Positions 1 to 10,546 of a stretch of DNA of 64,000 bases are shown here, piece after piece. Numbering within the stretch: the first letter of the stretch is position 1; the number at the start of each line of letters is the position of its first letter. Position numbers and translations under genes: made by a program. The notes under the pieces are model-generated. The model was given only the letters and a program-made list of their open reading frames with translations, was not told where the DNA came from and made no database searches. Source of the DNA: an uncultured bacterium (GTDB taxonomy: Bacteria > Zixibacteria > MSB-5A5 > CAIYYT01); assembly GCA_963726455.1 (NCBI GenBank), contig CAVSCK010000005.1, forward strand, positions 448,001-512,000. Reading direction: 5' to 3'.

Positions 1-1
1 A

Positions 2-3000
2 GTATCCCTTTATGGAGTCGGGTTTGCCGCCAATGCGGCCTACGATCAGGGCTCGCGCTCGGCGGAAGTCGGCGTATCCGGTACACACTGGAACTCGGAT
101 CAGTTGCTGGACCGTCCCGGCTCAAGTTCAGCGGGGAAGCCGCATGCCTCTCCCCCATCTTCTATTGGATATTACATGTCTGCCAAACAGATCGGCTACA
201 GTGCCATCGACCACCAGAGCAACCCGGGCAGAAATCAGAGACAGATTGCTGTCGGTTGCAGCGGCAATGTTCATAACGTGTTCATGTATGGCGAAGTCGA
301 TTATTGGAGCGGTGGCTTTCGCGACATTCAGTATGTTGCATACGTTCCAATGTCGAACCCACCACTGCCGACCGACATAGGTCCGCCGACCTCCGGTTAT
401 GCTTCGATCGCTACCAACCCGGTCAATGGTTTTGCGATCACGGCCTACCACTGGACTTCGCCAGATGCAACTTACGGCCGCTCGACGACACAGTGCGGAA
501 TTCAGAGCTCCTGCGCCGGTCAGATTTTCGGCATGAGTGACTATCCGGTGCCTCCGTCGGCGCTGCCCCAACGACCGAACTGCCAGAATATCAAGACCGG
601 TTTTCCGGCAACTATTGAGGAGAGTTATATTTGGCCTTCCGTGGCAGGTGACGTGAATTCTAGTTCCGGCAGACCGATAGCTCATCTTCTTTCGGGTGAA
701 TATGCCGGCGGCACAACTTCGCCGGGCCGTGACACCACCGGTCGTTATTCATTGGTATACTACAAATCTTTTGACGATGTCGTGGGTCCGTCGGCGACTT
801 GTGGTATGTTCATGGACTCTATTTCGAGCAACGTGTATGAAGTTGTCGCCAGCCCGGTCTCCAACAAAGTGGCTTTGGTCTACCTCTATCCGAGATTCTG
901 GACCGCCAATATGATGGCCCGTAACTGGGGCGATGATGACTATATCGTTTACAGAGAATCCTGGGATTTAGGCGCCACCTTTGGACCGCGCACTATCGTG
1001 CGGCAATTTCTGCCCACGGAGGATAGTATTGTCGGCACCGGCGGCGCAGTTTATGTCATGCGCGCGAACGAGATTTCGCCTTTGTACGACAACAACGATT
1101 GTCTCCATGTTCTCTACACGACCATGTGGAATGACACCGTCGGTCATACTTATCTGATCTATCCTTCGAAGTTGTTCCACTGGAGTTCCTGCAATTCTGC
1201 CTGTCAGGTGTTGTTGAAAGATGCCTCGAATTACGGCTCGAACAATTACTGCCGTCCTCCGGGATATCAGCTCAACATCTCCAAACCCAGCTTGTCCGAG
1301 TGTCTGCAGGGCGGCAACAGACGTTTGTATGCCGTATATTTGTTGAACCCCGACTATCAGACCGCCGATTCGGCATACACTGATTGTGGTGCCGAGGTCA
1401 ATCCCGGCGCTCAGAGATACGTCAACTACGAAATCTTCTCGCAGGCTTCCACCAGTTCGAGCGGTGATCTGTGGAGTGCGCCAGTTAACTTGTCAAATAC
1501 CCGTTCGGACAATTGCGCCACCGGTACCTGCAACGCGGAAGCTTTCTCCAGCACTGCGGAACAAGTGTCCGACTCTCTGAGAATTCAGTACATGGTTGAT
1601 AAGTCGCCGGGAGACTACTTTTACGCACAAGGCGCTGCGGTTATTAACCCGATCATGAACATGTCCTATCCGTGCTTCGCGGTTGCCACCGATGCGTCAT
1701 TGTTCGCGGAACCTACCGAGAGACTCTGGCCCTTTCGCACAACTCCGGCCGCCGGTCCCTCCCACACCGCTACTTTCCCGATCACGCTGACCAATGTAGG
1801 TAACATCTCCGCTGACTACGTCAGAACGGTTGCTTACACTCCGGCCACTTCATGGATGACCTTCGACGTTCCGGCCACGAGTTCAGTCCCTGCCGGTTGC
1901 ACCAATAGCCAGACGACAAACGTGACCGCTACCGGTCCGGCAATGGAAGGACTCTACAAGGCCACGATCACCTGGAGCTGGATGTCGAAGACTCTCAACT
2001 TCCCGGTCGAACTGTACAATTTCACCACCTGGTACCTGGAAGCGAATCTGGATATTCGCACCGCCACGTTCAGAATGGCCACCAATCAAAACACCCGTGT
2101 TGGGGGCCGCAAAGCTGGTTACGCCTTCCATTACTTCAGCGATGCTTCCAATGTGGATTACTTGCCCGATGGTTCGCTTCTGATAGGCACCGATAGCTTG
2201 CATATGAGCACGTCGATCTTCTCCGACAGCACGGGCGTTTTCGGTTCGCATGCCGGCAGAATCGGTCGTTTATTCTGCCTGAGCGGCATGTCGTACGACT
2301 CGATCGGCAATTCCTCATACCGCCATTCATGGGGCGTGGGCTGCAATCGCGATTCATCGATTGCTTTTGACGTGGATTTCTATGCCCCGAAGTTCGTCGA
2401 CAGCAGCGACTTTATGGTGGCGAGGTTCGTGTTCTATTCGGGTCCAAAGAATCCGGGAGCCACCATCAATAATGTCATGATCTCTTACGCGTGCGATTTC
2501 GACGTTCCGGATGACAGCGCGGACAACCAGTCCGGAACCGATGAAAGTCGTCAGATGGTCTACCAACGAGGAACGTGGGGCGCCAACGCCAACCGCTATG
2601 CCGCTCTTGCCGGCGTGCGCGGCGACGGTGGCCCGCTAGAAGCGGGCTTTGTACAGGACAACAATTCCACCGTGTATCGTGTACAGGGCTATGTAAATGA
2701 CTCTATCTGGAAGAAGATTCAGTCCGCGAACGGATACACGGCGTTTACCGGTGAGGCCCAGGATCTGAATTCGATTCTCGTGTTCGAAAAGACGGTGACG
2801 ATCACCCCGAAGTCCACGGGAAATTTCACAATATACGTGATCTTCGCCGGACAGCCACAAGACGGCGGATCTTTTGCCGGCCTGCAATCCGCGGTTGACA
2901 AAGCCAGGGAATTCCTGTGCGGCTATGTTCTGCCGCCTCCCAAGCCGTATTGGTGTTACGTTTGTACCGACTGCGGCGATGCCAACAGCGACGGTCATAT

Positions 3001-3187
3001 CTCAGTAAGTGATCCCGCTTTCTTATTGACGTACATTTTCTATGGCGGACCGGCCCCAGGTACTTGCCAATATCCAGAAGGGAAGGGAGACGCCAATGGC
3101 GATGGCCATGCTGATTTTTCTGACCTGGTGTACTTGGTGCAATACATTTTTGCAGGCGGTCCGGCTCCGCACTGTATGGTGAGGTAG
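2..3187 (+). CDS. Large secreted protein with C-terminal dockerin-type domain (5'-truncated by window edge)
   Basis: The frame is open from base 2. The C-terminus CGDANSDGHISVSDPAFLLTYIFYGGPAP...GDANGDGHADFSDLVYLVQYIFAGGPAPHC is a duplicated Ca-loop/helix dockerin repeat. Confidence 0.85.
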   Translation, partial: VSLYGVGFAANAAYDQGSRSAEVGVSGTHWNSDQLLDRPGSSSAGKPHASPPSSIGYYMSAKQIGYSAIDHQSNPGRNQRQIAVGCSGNVHNVFMYGEVDYWSGGFRDIQYVAYVPMSNPPLPTDIGPPTSGYASIATNPVNGFAITAYHWTSPDATYGRSTTQCGIQSSCAGQIFGMSDYPVPPSALPQRPNCQNIKTGFPATIEESYIWPSVAGDVNSSSGRPIAHLLSGEYAGGTTSPGRDTTGRYSLVYYKSFDDVVGPSATCGMFMDSISSNVYEVVASPVSNKVALVYLYPRFWTANMMARNWGDDDYIVYRESWDLGATFGPRTIVRQFLPTEDSIVGTGGAVYVMRANEISPLYDNNDCLHVLYTTMWNDTVGHTYLIYPSKLFHWSSCNSACQVLLKDASNYGSNNYCRPPGYQLNISKPSLSECLQGGNRRLYAVYLLNPDYQTADSAYTDCGAEVNPGAQRYVNYEIFSQASTSSSGDLWSAPVNLSNTRSDNCATGTCNAEAFSSTAEQVSDSLRIQYMVDKSPGDYFYAQGAAVINPIMNMSYPCFAVATDASLFAEPTERLWPFRTTPAAGPSHTATFPITLTNVGNISADYVRTVAYTPATSWMTFDVPATSSVPAGCTNSQTTNVTATGPAMEGLYKATITWSWMSKTLNFPVELYNFTTWYLEANLDIRTATFRMATNQNTRVGGRKAGYAFHYFSDASNVDYLPDGSLLIGTDSLHMSTSIFSDSTGVFGSHAGRIGRLFCLSGMSYDSIGNSSYRHSWGVGCNRDSSIAFDVDFYAPKFVDSSDFMVARFVFYSGPKNPGATINNVMISYACDFDVPDDSADNQSGTDESRQMVYQRGTWGANANRYAALAGVRGDGGPLEAGFVQDNNSTVYRVQGYVNDSIWKKIQSANGYTAFTGEAQDLNSILVFEKTVTITPKSTGNFTIYVIFAGQPQDGGSFAGLQSAVDKAREFLCGYVLPPPKPYWCYVCTDCGDANSDGHISVSDPAFLLTYIFYGGPAPGTCQYPEGKGDANGDGHADFSDLVYLVQYIFAGGPAPHCMVR

Positions 3188-3189
3188 TC

Positions 3190-5007
3190 ATGAAGAATAC
3201 ATGGTTCTTACAGATTGTTGTGCTGTTCGTGCTCACCTCGGCCCCATCTGCTCGAGCGGCCGAAGTCCATCTCGTTTGTCCGGTTAATGTTCCAAGTAGT
3301 CAACTGGTGCCCGGCGACTCGATAAGAGTGCAGGTGCTATTTGACTGCAGCATACCGGTTGGTGCATTCAGCCTTGGGTTCGAGGTCGATAACCCGTACC
3401 TCGAGATAACTTCGGTTGATACCGCAGGAACCGTCGTCCCTCCTGGATCGTCAGATTACTTGTTCTTCTATCACCCGGCGCCAAACAAATGCCTGGTTGG
3501 CTGGTTGCTCGGGGTCTACTCATCCGAAATTCTGCCCCAGCCCGGTCTACGGCTGTTGTTCTCTTTGAATTTCCGAATGTTGCCGGGTATCCGACCAGGC
3601 ACAGCGAATATTCAGTCTGCATTTATTCCTCCGGCAGGCCCGTTCGTGTTTACTGCCTTTCCGGGCTGCTACGACATCGAACCGCTCTACTATGACTGCG
3701 GGACGGCGGACATTGTTCTGGGAGGTGTCACTATTACCAGTGATCCTTCCTTCAATCTCTGTCCCGGCGCTGACGCACCGTTTCGAGTCAAGATCATCGA
3801 TGAACTCGGCGAACCCGTGGTTGGCGATAACGGCTTCTCGGTGAACTTTCAGAGCTGCGGGAGCGTGCGGAGTTGCACTGCTCCCGGTCTTCCCGGGACA
3901 ATCTATCCACTGGCTCCGACCAACGAACAAGGTGTCGTAACTTTCTACGCAAGTGGTCTCCAGTGTGTACAGGCCTGTCGTGCCATTGTCATGCATGATG
4001 GAAATCAAGTCGCCGACGTTCCTGTGCGATCCTTTGATGTTGACGGCGACTCGACTGTCCGTCTCGACGACTGGGACACGACCTCCGTCTGCGTGGATTT
4101 CACCGGCAACGGCGCCATCGACCACAATGATATCGACCTCTTCGAACAACATCGAGGTCATGGTTGCCAGCCCGACCCGTGCGAGCTCTTCGGATACAAT
4201 TTCATATTGAACCCGAGCGAAAACCTCGATTCGGGCGCCGTGGTGAATTTGAGTCTCTCGTTGTCCAATAACAATATGGCTCAGTCGTGTTATATCGGCG
4301 TCATCAGCTATTATATGGGCGCTTTCGGCACGGATGCTACGGATTCATTGCTCGGTTGGATCTATTACAACAGCAACCTCTCACCCGGCCAACAGGACAC
4401 GACCGAGGAATTCCAGTACCGGATTCCGGGCTGGGGACCGCGGTGTCTCAAAGCCAGGTTCACAACGCCGTGTTGTGCATCGACTGTTCAGTTGATCAGG
4501 TGTATCGACGTCAAGCGGCCCTGCGATCCCGACTCGAGTTTGTGCTATCACTTCAGCATCGACCTGGCGCGTGCCACCAAGAAATGCTACCGCTACCCGG
4601 ACCTGCCCGTCAACTGGCGGATCGAGGATTTGCCACCCGGAAGTTTCCCATACAACGGAACACCCGGTCCGGCGACTATCGACTACCTCATCTGTACGGC
4701 AGCCGGAGCTAGTCTCGGTGACACCGGGTCGGTGATGATCTACGTTGAAGAATACTCGGGGCTCGTGTGGCCGTTTGTGAATCGGGTGGTCATTACGTCC
4801 AACACTGGCGATGCCAACGCCGATTGCTTCGTTGACATCTCAGATGCGGTCTACTTGATCGCTTACATATTCAGCGGCGGTGCCGAACCCAAACCCTATG
4901 CTGCGGGCGATCCCAACTGTGACGGCTTCGTGGATATCTCTGATGTCGTTTACCTGATCACCTATATCTTCTCGACGGGAGTGCCGCCATGCATTGTCGA
5001 GCCGTGA
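3190..5007 (+). CDS. Secreted multidomain protein: cohesin-like N-domain, internal dockerin-like repeat, C-terminal dockerin
   Basis: Signal peptide; beta-sandwich pattern GDSIRVQVLF...VGAFSLGF...LLFSLNF; internal DVDGDSTV..DFTGNGAIDHND; terminal GDANADCFVDISDAVYLIAYIF / GDPNCDGFVDISDVVYLITYIF. Confidence 0.8.
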   Translation: MKNTWFLQIVVLFVLTSAPSARAAEVHLVCPVNVPSSQLVPGDSIRVQVLFDCSIPVGAFSLGFEVDNPYLEITSVDTAGTVVPPGSSDYLFFYHPAPNKCLVGWLLGVYSSEILPQPGLRLLFSLNFRMLPGIRPGTANIQSAFIPPAGPFVFTAFPGCYDIEPLYYDCGTADIVLGGVTITSDPSFNLCPGADAPFRVKIIDELGEPVVGDNGFSVNFQSCGSVRSCTAPGLPGTIYPLAPTNEQGVVTFYASGLQCVQACRAIVMHDGNQVADVPVRSFDVDGDSTVRLDDWDTTSVCVDFTGNGAIDHNDIDLFEQHRGHGCQPDPCELFGYNFILNPSENLDSGAVVNLSLSLSNNNMAQSCYIGVISYYMGAFGTDATDSLLGWIYYNSNLSPGQQDTTEEFQYRIPGWGPRCLKARFTTPCCASTVQLIRCIDVKRPCDPDSSLCYHFSIDLARATKKCYRYPDLPVNWRIEDLPPGSFPYNGTPGPATIDYLICTAAGASLGDTGSVMIYVEEYSGLVWPFVNRVVITSNTGDANADCFVDISDAVYLIAYIFSGGAEPKPYAAGDPNCDGFVDISDVVYLITYIFSTGVPPCIVEP

Positions 5008-5177
5008 AGTGAGTCCAGAAATGAGGTTCGCGGTCGGGACGCTATGCCGATGATTCTGTGAAAGTTGCGGAGAAGATCGCCTGCGCTTTGGGCGCAGGCG
5101 ATCCCGTTTCCACTTTACAAATACTATATGTTTGACTATATTAGTGTAGAAGCAGTCAATATCTCTTGGGAGGAACT

Positions 5178-6410
5178 ATGGGGTACCGTCCCGGTGCGGC
5201 GCGCGTCAGCGCGTTTGGCGCACTTCTGTTTGTCCTGCTATTCCTAGCGGGATCGGCCATTGCGGTCGCTGCGGCTAAAGAACAGGATTCGCCTGCCAAT
5301 TCAGTCCAGCTGCACACGGCTCAGATTGAACTCAGCGTTTCGCCATCCAGCCGGACTTCCGGGCTGTACTACTTCGGTGAAGGGCTGGACTACCTGCGTG
5401 ACGGTTCACTGATCATTGGCACCTCAGCCAATGATCTGAGTATGTTGATCTATTCCGATTCGCTGGGCAATGCCGGTGATCCGGCAATTGGACCGCTCTA
5501 TGGCCTTGGCGAAATCAGCATTGACTCCACCAGCAGTTCCAGCTACAGACATGCCTGGGGCAAAGGGTGCAACCGCGACAGTTCGATTGGCTTTGATATC
5601 GACTTCTTCGCCCCCAAGTCTACCGATTCGGCGGAATTTGTATTAGGCGTCGTCAAGTTCTATGCCGGCGACAAAAACCCTGATGCAACGATCAGCGGCG
5701 TTACGATTGCCTACGCGGCCGATTTTGATGTGCCGGATGCCGCCGGAGCCAACGCCGGCGGAATTGACGAAGCGAGAAGTGTGTTTTATCAGCGGGGTGT
5801 CAATGGAACCGGTAATACTCGATTTGCAGGCATAGCGGCATATCGGGATGACTATGCTCAGATCGATGGCGGAGTTATACTCGACAATGCCACCTGGGTG
5901 AATGGGCATGGCGGCTACCAACATGACAGCATTTGGCAAAAGATTCAGACGGCACAAGGGTTTGAAACCTTTCAAGGGACGCCGACCGATTTGAATACGA
6001 TACTCACCATAGGTCGTAATATCACAATTCGCCCCAAGTCGACTGGTGTCTTTACGATCTACTTGTTTCTCGCGACCCAACCGGAGGGCGGGACTCTAAA
6101 CGAGTTACAGTTTCATTTCGACATGGCAAAGGTGTTTATATGCAGTCATGTGATTACGTATGGCCTGTTTTGCATGGAACATTGGAATTGTGGGGATGCC
6201 AATAGTGATGATTTCTTTGACATCTCAGACGCCGTATTCTTGATTCAATACATCTTCGCGGGAGGCCCCGCACCGGCCACCTGCATGTATCCCCTTGGCC
6301 GAGGCGATGCGAATGGAGATTGTGCCGTTGATGTATCTGACGCCGTGTTTTTGATACAGTATATCTTTGCCGGCGGACCCGCGCCAGCTTGCGGTTATGG
6401 ATGCCAATAG
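5178..6410 (+). CDS. Secreted dockerin-domain protein, paralog of the C-terminal part of the 2..3187 protein
   Basis: SD GGGAGG before ATG 5178; signal peptide; shared motifs YRH.WG.GCNRDSSI.FD.DF.APK and DSIW.KIQ.A.G; terminal dockerin. Confidence 0.85.
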   Translation: MGYRPGAARVSAFGALLFVLLFLAGSAIAVAAAKEQDSPANSVQLHTAQIELSVSPSSRTSGLYYFGEGLDYLRDGSLIIGTSANDLSMLIYSDSLGNAGDPAIGPLYGLGEISIDSTSSSSYRHAWGKGCNRDSSIGFDIDFFAPKSTDSAEFVLGVVKFYAGDKNPDATISGVTIAYAADFDVPDAAGANAGGIDEARSVFYQRGVNGTGNTRFAGIAAYRDDYAQIDGGVILDNATWVNGHGGYQHDSIWQKIQTAQGFETFQGTPTDLNTILTIGRNITIRPKSTGVFTIYLFLATQPEGGTLNELQFHFDMAKVFICSHVITYGLFCMEHWNCGDANSDDFFDISDAVFLIQYIFAGGPAPATCMYPLGRGDANGDCAVDVSDAVFLIQYIFAGGPAPACGYGCQ

Positions 6411-6448
6411 ACGGCGTCGGGGTTCGACCTGAAGTGAACTAATAGTCG

Positions 6449-6482
6449 GGCCGCCTGCGGAATTTCACAGGCGGCCTTATTT
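6449..6482. terminator. Intrinsic terminator hairpin between convergent dockerin gene and tRNA-Glu
   Basis: GGCCGCCTG...CAGGCGGCC followed by TTATTT. Confidence 0.6.
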
Positions 6483-6557
6483 GGTAGCGCTACGGGGAGT
6501 CGAACCCCGGTTTGATGGCTGAGAACCACCCGTCCTGGACCACTAGACGATAGCGCC
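6482..6557 (-). tRNA. tRNA-Glu(CTC)
   Basis: Reverse complement GGCGCTATCGTCTAGTGG...TT-CTC-AG...GGTTCGACTCCCCGTAGCGCTACCA; cloverleaf with encoded CCA. Confidence 0.95.
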
Positions 6558-6787
6558 ATCGGTCTCTTCTAACAAGCAGCGCCGCTGCGTCCTATGCCTG
6601 CGGATGATCGCTGCCTGCCCATGCGTACATGGGAGTGGACAAATAAGCCGAACCGGCACCAAAGATCAAGCAGAATCTTGCGACCACTTATTCCCTTGAC
6701 AACTCCCAAGCGAATCAGATAACTTTCCGCGCTGATGACGACACACCTCGTGATGTTAACTCATTGCCGAGCATCGTCGTCGGTTGC

Positions 6788-6870
6788 GCGAGAGTGGCGG
6801 AATTTGGTAGACGCGCTGGACTTAGGATCCAGTGACTTCGGTCGTGGGGGTTCGAGTCCCCCCTTTCGCA
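6788..6870 (+). tRNA. tRNA-Leu(TAG)
   Basis: GCGAGAGTGGCGGAA...CTGGA-CTTAGGA-TCCAG, long variable arm, GTTCGAGTCC; CCA not encoded. Confidence 0.95.
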
Positions 6871-6968
6871 TTCTATGACAATTACGCGTAAGGCATTTTC
6901 TCCTTGCGCTTTCGCGCCGAAATCATTGATTTCCGGCTGTTATTGCCACACCGTGGCCGACATTAAGT

Positions 6969-7054
6969 GCGAACGTGGCGGAATTTGGTATACGCGCTAG
7001 ACTAAGGATCTAGTGGTGAAAGCCGTGGGGGTTCGAGTCCCCCCGTTCGCACCA
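6969..7054 (+). tRNA. tRNA-Leu(AAG)
   Basis: GCGAACGTGGCGGAA...CTAGA-CTAAGGA-TCTAG (anticodon AAG), variable arm, T-loop, encoded CCA. Confidence 0.9.
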
Positions 7055-7073
7055 TCATCAGAAAGGATATATC

Positions 7074-8366
7074 TTGTCGATTACCTACCAACTCTCCGAG
7101 GGGGAGAAGTGCAAACGAACGCTGAAGATTGAAGTCTCCCACGATCGCGTCCAGGAAAAGTTCGATGAGATTTACCGTAAGCTAAAGTCCGACGCGGAAA
7201 TCCCCGGCTTCCGCAAGGGCAAGGCGCCCCTGACCATGATCAAGTCGAAATTCTCGGCGACAGCCGCCAAGGACGTACTGGAAGAGCTCGTCGACGAATC
7301 GTATGCCGAGGCATTGTCACAGTCGAAACTCGATCCGATTTCATATCCGAAGATCGTCGATGTCGACTTTCATGAAGACAAGCCGTTGGTATTCACCGCC
7401 GAACTAGAAATCAAGCCCGTTATAAAGCTGGAGAGATACACCGGCCTCACCCTGAGAAAACCGGATGATTCGGTGAAAGAGGGCGAAGTCAAGGAAATGC
7501 TCGAGTACTTGCAGCGCAAAAATTCCTCGCTCGAAAGCGTCGATCGCCCGGCAGCCGAGAATGACTTTGTCATCGCCGACCTCGAAGTTCTGGCGGACAG
7601 CGGCGGCACGGTCGGCGAAAAGGAATTTAAGGACGTTTCGCTGGAGCTGGCTTCGGGGGCGGTTGCAGGACAATTCCTGAGTACCCTCAGCGGGATCAAA
7701 GTTGACGACCAAAAAGAGGTCGAGATTGCCTATCCGGCCGATCATTTCGACAAACGTTTTGCTGGAAGTACCGTTAAGTTTCTAGTGCGCGTAAAGGCGG
7801 TGAAACAGTTGAATCTGATTCCACTGGACGAGGAGTTCTTTAAGCAGTTTGGCGACAGCGTCAAGAATCTCGACCAACTGAAGGAAGAGCTGAAGGCGGA
7901 TATCCAGCGTCGCAAAAATAAACGCGCCAGCGACGATTTGCGGGAAGAAGTGATAAAGGAAGTTATCGACAAAAACCGTTTCGACTTGCCCGATTCGCTC
8001 CTGGAACACTTTCTGGACAACGTGGTGGCCGACTATCGTGAACGCAACAAAGGCACGGTCGACGAGGATGAAATACGCAATCATTTCCGCCCCGTTGGTA
8101 TCAGGCAGATTCGCTGGGATATTTTGATGCACGAGATCGCAGAAAAAGAAAAAATTAAGGTCGAACAGGCCGACATCGATGAGTGGCTGCAACGATTTGC
8201 CGATAATTATAAAATGACAATCGACGAGGCAAAGAAGGCGGTTACGGATAACCGGCGGATTGCTGACGTTAAAGATACCATTCTGGAGCACAAAGTTATC
8301 GAATTCGTCACCTCCAACTCCACGGTTGAGACCGTATTCTCGCCGATGGTCAGTCCGGAAGAGTGA
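7074..8366 (+). CDS. tig: Trigger factor
   Basis: [10 protein letters not shown] signature; SD GAAAGGA before TTG; lies upstream of clpP. Confidence 0.97.
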   Translation: MSITYQLSEGEKCKRTLKIEVSHDRVQEKFDEIYRKLKSDAEIPGFRKGKAPLTMIKSKFSATAAKDVLEELVDESYAEALSQSKLDPISYPKIVDVDFHEDKPLVFTAELEIKPVIKLERYTGLTLRKPDDSVKEGEVKEMLEYLQRKNSSLESVDRPAAENDFVIADLEVLADSGGTVGEKEFKDVSLELASGAVAGQFLSTLSGIKVDDQKEVEIAYPADHFDKRFAGSTVKFLVRVKAVKQLNLIPLDEEFFKQFGDSVKNLDQLKEELKADIQRRKNKRASDDLREEVIKEVIDKNRFDLPDSLLEHFLDNVVADYRERNKGTVDEDEIRNHFRPVGIRQIRWDILMHEIAEKEKIKVEQADIDEWLQRFADNYKMTIDEAKKAVTDNRRIADVKDTILEHKVIEFVTSNSTVETVFSPMVSPEE

Positions 8367-8388
8367 CGATTCGCAAGGAGGATCCGTT

Positions 8389-8979
8389 TTGTACGATCAA
8401 CTCATCCCGATAGTAGTGGAATCAACCGGCCGCGGCGAACGCGCCTATGATATTTATTCCCGCCTGCTGAAAGACCGCATCATTTTTCTCGGAACGCCGA
8501 TTGATGACAACGTCGCCAATCTGGTGATCGCTCAGATGCTGTTCCTGGCGGCGGAAGACCAGAACAAGGACATCTTCCTGTACATCAACTCTCCGGGCGG
8601 CATGGTTACGTCAGGTCTGGCGATCTATGACACCATGCAGTTTATCAAGCCAAAGGTTTCGACACTTTGCATGGGTCTGGCCGCATCAATGGGAGCTTTC
8701 CTGCTGGCAGCCGGCGAACCGGGCAAGCGGGCAGCGTTGCCTCACGCGCGCATCATGATTCATCAGCCGCTGGGCGGCGTGCAGGGCCAGGTTACCGATA
8801 TCGAAATTCAAACCAAGGAATTCGTTCACGCCAAGCAGCGTTTGAGCGAGTTGCTGTCCAAGCACACCGGTCAACCGATCGACAAAATTCTTCAGGACAC
8901 GGATCGCAATTTTTTCATGTCATCTGAAGAGGCGAAGTCCTACGGTCTCATTGACGAAGTCTACGAGAAAAGGCCGTAA
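8389..8979 (+). CDS. clpP: ATP-dependent Clp protease proteolytic subunit
   Basis: [38 protein letters not shown]; SD AAGGAGG before TTG 8389. Confidence 0.97.
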   Translation: MYDQLIPIVVESTGRGERAYDIYSRLLKDRIIFLGTPIDDNVANLVIAQMLFLAAEDQNKDIFLYINSPGGMVTSGLAIYDTMQFIKPKVSTLCMGLAASMGAFLLAAGEPGKRAALPHARIMIHQPLGGVQGQVTDIEIQTKEFVHAKQRLSELLSKHTGQPIDKILQDTDRNFFMSSEEAKSYGLIDEVYEKRP

Positions 8980-8997
8980 GGATTCGGAAAGGTCAAT

Positions 8998-10245
8998 ATG
9001 ACGTCAGGCAATAAGCGCGTAGAGCGCTGTTCGTTTTGCGGCAAAGATTCATACACCGTCCGCAAGTTGTTCTCAGGCTACAACGCATACATCTGTGATG
9101 AATGTATCTCCCTGACGCATGACCTGATTTCGGAAGAGCCGGTGCGTCGTGAACCCGCGCGGCCGTTCAAGCTGTCGAAACCGAAAGAGATCAAGTCGTT
9201 TCTCGATCAGTACGTAATCGGTCAGGAACAGGCCAAGAAGACCCTTTCGGTTGCAGTCTACAACCACTACCAGCGTCTCTTCCATCCGCAGGCAACAGCC
9301 GAAGTCGAATTGGAGAAATCCAATATCCTGATGCTGGGCCCAACCGGCACCGGCAAGACTTTGCTTGCGCAGACACTGGCGAAAATGCTGTCGGTACCGT
9401 TCAGCATAGCCGACGCGACGGTACTCACCGAAGCCGGTTATGTCGGCGAAGATGTTGAGAATATCCTCGTGCGACTGTATCAGGCCGCCGATTACGACAA
9501 AGTGCGCACCGAAACCGGCATTGTCTTTATAGATGAGATCGACAAGATCGCACGCAAGTCAGCCAATCCGTCAATTACCCGCGATGTCTCGGGTGAAGGC
9601 GTACAGCAGGGCCTGCTCAAGATTCTGGAAGGCACCGTCTCGAATATCCCGCCCAAGGGTGGCCGCAAACATCCGGAACAACCGTTCGTGCAGATCGACA
9701 CACGCAATATCTTATTCATCTGCGGTGGCGCATTTGACGGGCTGGACAAGATCATCGCTCGTCGAATCGGCAAACAGCAAGTCGGCTTCAAGGTCGATCA
9801 ATCCGTATCGGTCATCGATGATACGAATGCGCTGTTACACCTAGTCGAGCCGCAGGACTTGCTGGAGTACGGTTTGATACCCGAAATGATTGGCCGCCTG
9901 CCGGTCGTGACGGTATTGAATGAGTTGTCCGACGAAGCGCTGCTGCAAATCCTGACCGAACCCAAGAACAGTCTGATGCGCCAGTATCAGAAGATCTTCC
10001 AGATGGAAAGCATCGAATTGGAGATTACTCCCGAAGCGCTCAAAGCCGTGGTCGAGATCGCGCGCAAGCGCAAGACCGGCGCCCGCGCCTTGCGGTCGAT
10101 CTTCGAAGAAAAGATGCTCGAAATCATGTACGAAGCGCCCTCCTATCGCAACGTCGCCAAAATCGTCATCACCGCCGACTGCATTGCCAGTGGCGCCGCG
10201 CCTGTGATCGAGCGGAGCGCCAAATCGAATAAGCAGAGCGCGTAA
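8998..10245 (+). CDS. clpX: ATP-dependent Clp protease ATP-binding subunit
   Basis: C4 zinc finger [33 protein letters not shown]. Confidence 0.97.
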   Translation: MTSGNKRVERCSFCGKDSYTVRKLFSGYNAYICDECISLTHDLISEEPVRREPARPFKLSKPKEIKSFLDQYVIGQEQAKKTLSVAVYNHYQRLFHPQATAEVELEKSNILMLGPTGTGKTLLAQTLAKMLSVPFSIADATVLTEAGYVGEDVENILVRLYQAADYDKVRTETGIVFIDEIDKIARKSANPSITRDVSGEGVQQGLLKILEGTVSNIPPKGGRKHPEQPFVQIDTRNILFICGGAFDGLDKIIARRIGKQQVGFKVDQSVSVIDDTNALLHLVEPQDLLEYGLIPEMIGRLPVVTVLNELSDEALLQILTEPKNSLMRQYQKIFQMESIELEITPEALKAVVEIARKRKTGARALRSIFEEKMLEIMYEAPSYRNVAKIVITADCIASGAAPVIERSAKSNKQSA

Positions 10246-10250
10246 ATTCG

Positions 10251-10476
10251 GTAGGTCAGGAGCCCGACTCTCAACTTCAGGTTCCGCTCGAATCACACCT
10301 GTCGCAATAATCCAAGGGAATAGCTGGTCTTGTCTCTGAGGGGTCCTGACATCCTGGCTGAATGCAAGATGTCGGGTTTCTCACTCCGTGTTGAGGTAAC
10401 CGATGTTGCTCCCATTAAGAGCGTTGGGCGGGCAAGCAGATAGTTCTGTCAGATATTCGTTCGGAACCCGACCTAC
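10251..10476. repeat. REPIN-like inverted pair of GTAG-type REP palindromes with long interiors
   Basis: GTAGGTCAGGAGCCC..70 nt..GGGTCCTGACATC followed by GATGTCGGGTTTCTC..78 nt..TCGGAACCCGACCTAC. Confidence 0.65.
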
Positions 10477-10546
10477 GAAACTTGTGCCTGAATGACGCCC
10501 AAGCTACAGCTTGCAATGCGTCGGCTGGCGCATATATTGACGGAGC

